64,000 bases of DNA, taken from positions 317,874,001 through 317,938,000 of the forward strand of contig OZ024743.1 in NCBI GenBank assembly GCA_964016885.1, given 5' to 3'. A program made the translations under genes and the position numbers. The notes beneath the pieces are model-generated. The model ran no database searches and was not told the DNA's origin. It saw only the letters and a program-made list of their open reading frames with translations. Source of the DNA: Eledone cirrhosa (taxonomy: Eukaryota). Of this stretch, positions 54,933 to 64,000 are shown in pieces (position 1 is the first letter of the stretch; each line of letters starts with the position of its first letter).

Positions 54933-55139
54933 AACTAGTACTTCTTACAGTTGGGAAACAAAGAAAACAAATAAGATAAGCAGATATGAGTCTTCCAACA
55001 CGTCTCCCTCACCATCCTTCGCTAAAACGCCTTCTCTTTTCTGTCCACCAGGGCCACAGGGCGCCTTGTGTGTAGGCCCCCATTTCATTCTTTTATGTTC
55101 AGTCGTTGTTAGGAATTTTTTGTTTCAGTGTATGTACAG

Positions 55140-55209
<70 letters not shown>

Positions 55210-55799
55210 TAACAGTAATCTTCTCTTCGCTTTCAATATTGTATAAAAAATATTCTGTAAAAAAAGTTGATAAAATGAATATAAAAGTAAAAATAACACA
55301 AAAGAAAATAAAATGAATATGTAAACAGGGAGGGCCAACGGGAGGCTAAATAAGCATTGGGAAGTAAGGGAAACTGGTATTTTAGTCAACTCTCCCAAAG
55401 CAATAACTCCCATGTGGTTACCTTTCTCTCTCTCTCTCTATCTATCTATCTATTCTATTCAGTTTAATTTTTCCAGGTCGAGCAATAGATGTCAGACAAC
55501 AGCATCAGTTAATATATTGAGTACTCTGGTGCATTATGGTCCACCTGGTTCCTTACCACAATTCCTTCGTTATATATATATTTATTTATATATATATATA
55601 TATATTATTTAGGTTTGTTGGTTCACCACTGGATAGAACTGGTCATTCCGTATGGTCAACCTCGATGTAATATTATGGAGAGCACTCAACGTAATGCAAC
55701 TCACCCGTCTTCGTTTGTGTAGTTGGTGGTGCGAGTACGGAGTTAATTATTATAAAATAACAGGAGGCTGGACTGGTGTAAATCCTTGAAAGGTTTATT

Positions 55800-55857
55800 A
55801 TACTATGATCATTTCAATGACCGGGTTCAGTATGAATCCGGTGACATCATCAGGTAT
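55800..55857 (-). ncRNA. Type I hammerhead ribozyme motif
   Basis: atac CTGATGA [accgg/ccggt, ttca/tgaa stem II] GAAA tgatca TA gtat. Confidence 0.8.
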
Positions 55858-56017
55858 TCAAAATATTACAAAGGAATATAACAGATAAAATCCATGGGGC
55901 TGAAAATCAGAGACAAGAGGACGACCGACTATTTAGCAGCTTCTACTTCAGTCGGCCGCCCTCAAGGCCGACAGTCGTTGTTAGGAATTTTTTGTTTCAG
56001 TGTATGTACAGATGCAT

Positions 56018-56067
<50 letters not shown>

Positions 56068-56125
56068 CAACAGTAATCTTCTCTTCGCTCTCAATATCGT
56101 ATAAAAAATATTCTGTAAAAAAAAG

Positions 56126-56779
56126 TTGAAATTAGGAATAAGAGGGATCAGATGTTGTTTACTCGAGAGAAGACTACGTTGGTATGGTCACGTGATGCGC
56201 ATGAAAGATGACAGCTGTATAAAAAAGTGCAGAGCAATAAAAATAGACGGTAGCCACGGAGTAGGCAGACCCAGAAAAACCTGGGACGACTTGATAAATT
56301 CCGACCTCACACACTTACACCTCTCCAAGACAATGTCACTGGACCGAGATCTTTGGCGTTACACAGTAATACAGAAGACCCGCCTTTCCTAAGTACAAAG
56401 CGAAACCTACAGTCAGTAGGCACCTCTAACAAAATACACCCCCATCCCACTACCCCCACCCCATCCACACCACCCCTTTCAATGTAAAGTTATGTTGGTA
56501 CCACAACATCCAGTCCGAAATAAATGAGGTCGTGTAGGTGTCACGACAAAAAAACACACAGTCCACGCTGTAATGTGGCCGTGTAGGTAACACGGTAAAG
56601 ACCTCCCAGTTCCACACTGTAAATATGGTTGGTGTTAGGAAGGGCATCCAGCCGTGGAAAACCCGCCAGACAGTCCTATACGAGCAAGACAACCAATCTT
56701 GCCGCAAGTGGGAAAACTTTCGTCGAAACCCATTGTTTGATGGACGTTAAACGATGATGATGATGATGATGATGATGAT
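56126..56779 (+). mobile_element. RTE LINE 3' end with (GAT)n tail
   Basis: RRLRWYGHVMR and GRPRKTW; 3'UTR ends ggacgttaaac(gat)n. Confidence 0.9.
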
Positions 56780-56870
56780 GTGTGTGTGTATATGTATATA
56801 TATATATGTCTGTGTGTATATGTATATATATATATATGTGTGTGTGTGTGTATGTATGTGTGTGTGTGTA

Positions 56871-56931
<61 letters not shown>

Positions 56932-56933
<2 letters not shown>

Positions 56934-57110
56934 CGAAGGAGTTGTGGTAAGGAACCAGATGGACCATAACGCACCAGAGTACTCAATACTTAGGGTAGTA
57001 GAGTGGGTAATAGGAAAATGTATGACCCCGACGGCAGAGCTCAAGCCGTTTCGACGGAAATAGCCGTCGAAACGGTTTGAGCTCTGCCGTCGGGGTCATA
57101 CATTTTCCCA
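56932..57110. mobile_element. Family C fold-back element in (TA)n
   Basis: ~45-bp inverted arms around aaatag at ~57060. Confidence 0.8.
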
Positions 57111-57121
57111 TATATATATAT

Positions 57122-57985
57122 ATATTAATAAAATGAATTCCAATTTTGTCTGATTTACTCGTTTTATTTACAATCCTTTAAAATTTATAATGGTATTAGA
57201 ATGAAATAGTATGGTAGAATATTAAATGTTAAGTGTTAATTGAACAAGTACTTTCATGCTTTCGCAAACCTGAAGATTGGCAGTATCGGTAGAGGGTCGG
57301 ACGCCATGTTTGCATACGTGCAGTTATGAACTGCTGCACGCACACGTTCATGATTTATTTATCTATTTAACTTGTATATTTATTTAGTTATTTATTTATT
57401 TATTTATTTAGTTACTTTATTTACTTATTTATTTATTTATTTATCCATTTATTTATTTATTTGTTTATTTATTTGCTTATATACTGGTTTATTTGTTTGT
57501 TTGTTCGTTTGTTAGTTAACTCTTTCATTTATTTATTAATTTATTTATGAGTGAATGATTAGGTATTAGATATAGGATAAAAGATAGGTAACGAATAGTG
57601 AATGGTAAATAGTAAGTAATAAATAATAAATAGTAATTAATTACTTGATGAGACTATTAATAACTTAATAGTGACATTAATTATTTTAATCCTCAAGGGC
57701 GGTGGATTGGCAGTATCAGTAGAGGGTCGGACACCATGCTTTCCAGCATAGTTACGTCCCTTTACGATCTGAGTTCAAATCCCGCCGAGGTTGACTTTGC
57801 CTTTCATCCTTACGGGGTCGATAAAATAAAGTACCAGTAATGCACTCTGGGTAATTGCTGGCCTTGTGCCTAAAGTAGAAACAATTATAAATTTTAAAGG
57901 ATTGTAAATAAAACGAGTAAATCAGACAAAGTTGGAATTCCTTTTATTAATATAATCTTCTATACACAATCATACACACCCGTGT
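57122..57985. mobile_element. Family F inverted pair interrupted by SINE S1 (57696-57888) and AT-rich sequence
   Basis: 57122-57267 is the reverse complement of 46482-46640; the + arm resumes at 57885. Confidence 0.75.
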
Positions 57986-58011
57986 ATATTTATCTATCTA
58001 TATATATATAT

Positions 58012-58055
<44 letters not shown>

Positions 58056-58058
<3 letters not shown>

Positions 58059-59335
58059 TCATCATCATCATCATCGTTTAACGTCCATCTTCCACGCTTG
58101 CATGGGTTTAGACGGGAGTTTTCCCACTTGAGGCAAGATTGGTTGTCTTGCTCGTATAGGACTGTCTGGCGGGTTTTCTACGGCTGGATGCCCTTCCTCA
58201 CACCAACCACGTTTACAGTGTGGACTGGGAGGTTTTTACCGTGTTACCTACACGGCCACATTACAGCGTGGACTCTGTGTTTTTTTGTCGTGACACCTAC
58301 ACGACCTCATTTGTTTCGGACTGGATGTTGTGGTACCAACATAACTTTACATTGAAAGGGGTGGTGTGGGTGGGGTGGGGGTAGTGGGACGGGGGTGTAT
58401 TTTGTTAGAGGTGCCTACTGACTGTAGTAGGTTTCACTTTGTACTTAGGTACGGCGGGTCTTCTGTATTACTGTGTAGCGCCAAAGATCTCGGTCCAGTG
58501 TAAGTGTGTGAGCTCGGAATTTATCAAGTCGTCCCAGGTTTTTCTGGGTCTGCCTACTCCGTGGCTACCGTCTATTTTTATTGCCCTGCACTTTTTTATA
58601 CAGCTGTCGTCTTTCATGCGCATCACGTGATCATACCAACGCAGTCTTCTCTCGAGTAAACAACATCTTATCCCTCTTATTTCTAATTTTTCCCTTAGTT
58701 CGTTTATGCTTTGCCGTTCACGTATATTACTATTACACATCCAGCGGAGCATGCAAGCTTCGTTTCTCTCCAGTCTGCGTATATCCTCTGCACACAATGC
58801 CCAGGTCTCACTGCTATGTAACATTGCTGTTCGTATGCAGGCATCATACAGCCTGCCTTTCATTTTTAGAGAGAACCCTTTAGTGGCTAATAGTGGTATA
58901 AGCTCTCTGAATTTTTTCCATCCAGTTCTGACTCTAGCTACTGTACTTTCAGAGCACCCTCCACCACTGCTGATTTTGTCACCCAAGTAACGGAAGGTGT
59001 CCACTATTTCTATAGAACCATCTGTGCAATGGAATGAGCTAGTATTCTGTGGGTACTTGCTGCTACTTATTGCACCAGAGCACCGGCCACATATAAAATC
59101 TATGTTCTTAGTTAGCTTACCTGTGATCCCACTACATCTTTTATGCACCCATACTTTGCATTTGGGACATAAAATGGAGTTTCTACCTACTCCTTTCCTA
59201 CACACTGAGCATGGCCATTTCCTGGATGGGACCCGTGCCCTATTTTCCTTCCTACAAACTAGAACTTTAGTCTTAGACAGGTTAATTTTAAGGCCTTTTG
59301 ATTCTAGGCCATGCTTCCATGTTTGGAATTTCTTC
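58056..59335 (-). mobile_element. RTE LINE 3' portion (same family as 56126)
   Basis: ORF 58468-59205 with C..C..WVHKRC, FRYLG, SETW and RRLRWY. Confidence 0.92.
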
Positions 59336-59365
59336 TCTCTCTATATATATATTGTGTGTGTGTGT

Positions 59366-59400
<35 letters not shown>

Positions 59401-59430
59401 TATTAATAAAATAGATGTTCTTTTTATCAA

Positions 59431-59491
59431 TTACATTTTATTATACATATTTCGGATGTACAACAGTACGTCCTCATCAGACAAAATATAA
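59431..59491 (-). ncRNA. Type I hammerhead ribozyme motif, canonical core
   Basis: ttatattttgt CTGATGA gga c gtac tgtt gtac a tcc GAAA tatgta TA ataaaatgtaa (11-bp stem I including G-U pairs). Confidence 0.85.
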
Positions 59492-60240
59492 TGATACATG
59501 ACATACCCTGAGATGTTAAATGGTTAAGATTTAATCAAGGTAGTGATTACTCGATAGAAAATTTTACTTATATAATATCTGTGTGAGAGTGCGAAAACGT
59601 AATGAATTCATTAGAGAGTTTGAGTAAGAAAAAACGGTGCATACTTAAAGTGTTCTAAAATTTTAAATTGTATGATACTACATTCAATATATCTAGGGAA
59701 ACGTCTTATGAATCATAACAGTCAGTGATAGCCAATGGAAAAAGATTTATAAGGAGGGAAAGATAAAGTGTGGGGGGGGGGGGTCGAAAGTTAAACGATT
59801 AGACTTTGAAAATATTTAATTTATAATATTAATGTGAAGACTCCATATTTCAGGATTATTTGCTATTTATTTATATATTATTTATATAAATTCGATAAGT
59901 GTGTTATCATTTCTAAACTTCCGAATTGTGAGAATAACATTTTAAAGGATTTAGCTAGCACGTAAAGAGTGAAATATTATGCTGTTGAAATATTATACTG
60001 TTGACCTAAGTCTAAACTTTAACAAATATCTCAACATATTAGGTATGTAAAGCTTTTGAAGTACTTATTGTTATAAATATTTTAATAACTATTATGTATA
60101 TATGTATATATTAATGAGTCAGTATGTGTAAGGTAAATAATAACGACGAAGAAAAAAATAAAATAAAATAGGATAATATGTTACGGATAAAATCTATACA
60201 TATGTATAATTGGGTGTAAATGTACTAATTATTCTTCAAC

Positions 60241-60420
60241 TGGCAGTATCGGTAGAGGGTCGGACGCCATGCTTTCCAGCATAGTTACGTCCCTTTACGA
60301 TCTGAGTTCAAATCCCGCCGAGGTTGACTTTTCCTTTCATCCTTACGGGGTCGATAAAATAAAGTACCAGTAATGCACTGGGTAATTGCTGGCCTTGTGC
60401 CTAAAGTAGAAACAATTATT
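60241..60420 (+). mobile_element. SINE family S1
   Basis: Near-identical to 57708-57888. Confidence 0.88.
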
Positions 60421-61061
60421 AGATATAGGGATGTATATATATAGATATATATTAGGTATTATTAATGTAGTATACTTTAGGTAAATGATAACAGTTATAC
60501 TCTTAACAACGTGTTACATTTAAATATATATATACATACATATAAGAAAAACGATTAATGAGTGCATGTATAAAGTTCAAAATAATGTCTATAATAATTT
60601 TTAGTTTGGATATTTTCTCTATATTTAAATCATATATATATAAATGTGGTAGGTATATTTAAAAATATTTAAAAATATATAAAATACAGTATATAACTAC
60701 ATATATATCATAAAACATTATATTATAAATAAATAAATAAATAAATAAATAAGAGATCGAAAGTACAGCGAAAAATTTGCATTTATATATAAGTTTTAAT
60801 CCGTCTCAAATTTAGATTTTATAGTGCAGTAAGTATATTTAAAAGAAATATATGCTATATTATACTATAAATAATAGATCGAAAAGTCGATAAACATTTG
60901 GAGTTATGGATAAGTTTCATAAAAATTTTGGATTGGGTATTAAAACTAAAATTTAAAAGAGATTACAAATGTATTAAAAATTCACAGTTAAATAAATTCA
61001 ATAGATATGTAAGGATTATGTAATGTACTAAATTATAGATAAATGATGGTGTATATATATA

Positions 61062-62128
61062 TCTTCTTCGCCCACTTATTCCTGAGAGGGTCGTAGGGGC
61101 TGAGTCTTCAAACACTCCTTCCAGTAGATCCTGTCAGAAACAACCGTCTCCAACTGATCGGCTGGATCTCCAAGCGCGACCAGCCAAGCTCATGGATGTT
61201 ATCCAACCATTTTGCTCGGGGTCTACCCCTAGGTCTTGTCAGTTGGGTTTGCACGTCAAATCTGTCCAGCAATTCTTTCCTGAGACATTCTAACCACATG
61301 CCCATAGTATCGGAGCTGTGATCTCTCAATTCGGAGAAGTAGTGGCTCTACCTGGAGTGATTCTCTCATCTCCGAGCTACGCACTTTATCGAATAACGTT
61401 ACTCCAAAGACCCTTCAGCGGAACCCATTTCGGCTGCTTGTATTCGCGATCGTATTCTTTCGATTACCCAAGACGCATGACCATAGGTAAGGGTTGGCAC
61501 GAAACCCGAATTGAGTATAGCGAGTTTGGCTTTTACGCCTACCTCCCTTCTTCTGATTACTGAATGGTGAAACTAGCGCATTACTGCACCAGTTTTTGCA
61601 ATTATTGCACTAATTCAAGCACCTGCCTTCCATCACCCGTGAACACGGTCCCAGGATACTTGAACTTCTCTACCTGTTTCAGTGGAACTCCATTCATATG
61701 TAGAGTGCACTGCGCAGGCTTCCAGTTTTCGCAGCACTGATTTTCATTCCTGCCATGCAGCACTCGGCATCAAACCTATTAAGTACAAGTCGGAGATCAT
61801 CTTCTGTCGAGTTAAGTAACACCATGTTGTCTGTAATTTCCAGCCGACTGATTTTACTCCCGTCAGTCATGATACCACTTCCAACCCAGCTGCTCATGTC
61901 AATCCTGTTCATGTAAATAATGAACAAGAGAGGTGAGAGTACGCACCCTTGGCGGAGCCCAACTCCCACAATGAATGGTTTCGATTTAGCACCATTTATT
62001 CGAACACAAATACTCGGGAATTCGTACAGAGACATCAGGGCAGCAAGAAGCTGACCATCAATCCCATACTCTTGCATAACCTTCCACAGCAGGTCCCGAA
62101 GAACGCGGTCATATGCCTTCTCGATGTT
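61062..62128 (-). mobile_element. RTE LINE RT/3' fragment (another family)
   Basis: EKAYDRV, GLRQGCVLSPLLF, GMKISAAKT, FKYPG and RPRGRPR. Confidence 0.88.
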
Positions 62129-62212
62129 GACATATATATATATATATATACACATACATACATACAGCCCGTCTCCTCAATCTTTCTATTTCTTGGTTAA
62201 TTTCTCATTCTA

Positions 62213-62248
62213 TCTTCTGATGAAGGACTAGCGTCCGAAACGTTAAGA
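62213..62248 (+). ncRNA. Minimal type I hammerhead motif
   Basis: tctt CTGATGA a ggac tagc gtcc GAAA cg TT aaga; palindromic AACGTT. Confidence 0.8.
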
Positions 62249-62330
62249 CTCCTACTATATCAAGCGTAAAACTAATAATATATTTCTCCATTGTACTGCG
62301 TCGTTTGCTTTGTTATTTCTGTTTGACTTT

Positions 62331-62365
<35 letters not shown>

Positions 62366-62506
62366 CAGTATTACGTTCAATAATTTAAATTATCTATTGT
62401 ATCGTATTGTATTATAATTATGTATGTTGTGTCATTTGAATATGTGCATGCATGAGGTAAATTATGTATCATATAGAGATCATATGATCATATGTCAAAA
62501 ATAAAA

Positions 62507-62537
<31 letters not shown>

Positions 62538-62555
62538 GTCTTTTATCTTTTACAG

Positions 62556-62580
62556 ATTTGATCCTTATCAACTGTTTGAG
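62556..62580 (+). CDS. Candidate 25-nt microexon (x-FDPYQLFE)
   Basis: tcttttatcttttacAG | ATTTGATCCTTATCAACTGTTTGAG | GTGAGT. Confidence 0.6.
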
Positions 62581-63619
62581 GTGAGTCAGCTTTTCTATGT
62601 TGAAAATAATTCATATGTGGAGTAGACTGTTCTGAAGCTTCAACTGTTATTGAATTCATTTTATATATACAGTATGAGCTCGCTTCTCAGTTTACGAACG
62701 GTGTCTCGAGTAACGAGCAAGCCAGCAACAACGGTTGACAACAAACTTGGAGAATCGGCAGGAAAGTGTCACTTGCAGTGTAGTTAGTTATTATGGTGAT
62801 ATCTATCTGTCTTTCACACACAGTCTCTTTCTCACTGTATTTCTGTCTCAACATTTCATATGGAAAAAAAATAGTTTTGGCTTACGAAAGATCATCAGGC
62901 CAGTGCTTATCCTGGTTTCTGTTGTGTGAAGGGACTGAGAGTACAAGACTTCCCCTGGACAAGACACCAGTGGAATGTTCAGCCACTAATCATGCTAAAA
63001 GTCTAAAGTCTATCTCAAGTCCGGCCGGTGAAGATGAGTATTACTAACACGACGTATGAACCGTACCTACACTTGTTTATTCTAGAGTCAGCAACTTTAC
63101 AGAGCTGAGGTAATTTATCGCCCTGGGCATATAACAAAGCCCAACTGCTTCTTCTTCTTCTTCTTCTTCTTCACCCATTTATTTATGGGCCAGGCACAGG
63201 AGCAGAGTCCTAGGACACGCCATCTAAAGGGTCATATCAGAAACAACTGTCTCCAAATAACCCAGCTGGATACACAAGTGAGACTAACCAAGAGTACGGA
63301 TATTACCCAGCCAACTTGCTCGTTGTCTACCTTAGGTGGTGATGGTGTACGAGGAGGTCGAGGAAGAGGAGGAGAGGTGGAGGTGGTGGTGATGTGACCG
63401 TTGTTGTTTTCACCTTACTGCTAACTACTGTATGCATGCCTGGTCCCATAACTCTTAAAGGAGTCATCGGGGTGCCATATTGACATATGACGTTTCTGAG
63501 GCATTTTAAAACCTGGCGGAGCCCATCTCCTCTCCCGGTCTGAATACAGCAGATTTCTTCCAGAGAAGGAGAGAGAGTGAGAGAATGGAAGTGAGAAGGA
63601 GATATAGGGGAAGAATCAA

Positions 63620-63772
63620 CACCAGTACTAAACTGGTACTGCTTTATCGACGTCGAATGGATGAAAATTAAAGTTGACCTCGGCAAGATTTGAACTCGGA
63701 GAGCTGAGAGCCAAAATGAATACCACAAGGCATTCTATCTGACGTTCTAACGACTCTGCCAATTTACCGCCC
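63620..63772 (-). mobile_element. SINE family S1 (diverged)
   Basis: Consensus motifs. Confidence 0.7.
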
Positions 63773-64000
63773 AATTCTGTATATATGATAGTTATTGCTA
63801 GAACCAATACCGCAAGGCATGCTATCCGACATTCTAACGGCTCTGCTAGTTTACTGCTTAACTACTGTGAGATAGTTATTGTTAGTTTTGTGGTTTATAT
63901 TAGATACAAACGGTGGCCAGTTTTATCTGTTTCTCTTTACTTTTATCTTTTAAGTTTCGTTGTTTAAATACCTAGTTGTTATATATCCATTGTATATAAT

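Noticed and set aside
57640-57685. ttgatga-hairpin-gaca motif
   Set aside because: Both core halves are mutated; at best a dead hammerhead. The same applies to 46300-46335 and 20890.
59500-60100. PLE GIY-YIG relic upstream of the 59431 hammerhead
   Set aside because: Only a faint SFSIG...RRF trace; too degenerate to call.

Overview
Eukaryotic, AT-rich, repeat-saturated genomic DNA, most likely a coleoid cephalopod (octopus-like), inferred from SINE types, RTE/CR1/Penelope content and microsatellite load. No intact protein-coding gene lies wholly inside the window, and most ORF-track calls are microsatellite or antisense artefacts. The sequence is a patchwork of decayed non-LTR retrotransposons (R4/Dong, RTE, CR1, CRE, Vingi-like, L1/Tx1), Penelope-like elements (PLEs), two tRNA-derived SINE families, DNA transposon relics (mariner, hAT, Tigger), a probable solo LTR and a 58-bp satellite. 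The main signal is about a dozen type I hammerhead ribozyme motifs from at least 9 unrelated short families, nearly all in or beside (TA)n tracts. Many sit in fold-back (inverted) insertions whose junctions fall in or next to the ribozyme, and one sits in a 525-bp monomer-plus-partial-repeat unit. One such element carries a captured 43-nt copy of what looks like the 5' end of a local host transcript. A candidate + strand host gene (promoter and exon 1 at ~31.1-31.6 kb) joins in phase to a 25-nt microexon at 62.56 kb. All calls were made by eye with no database search; element boundaries are approximate.
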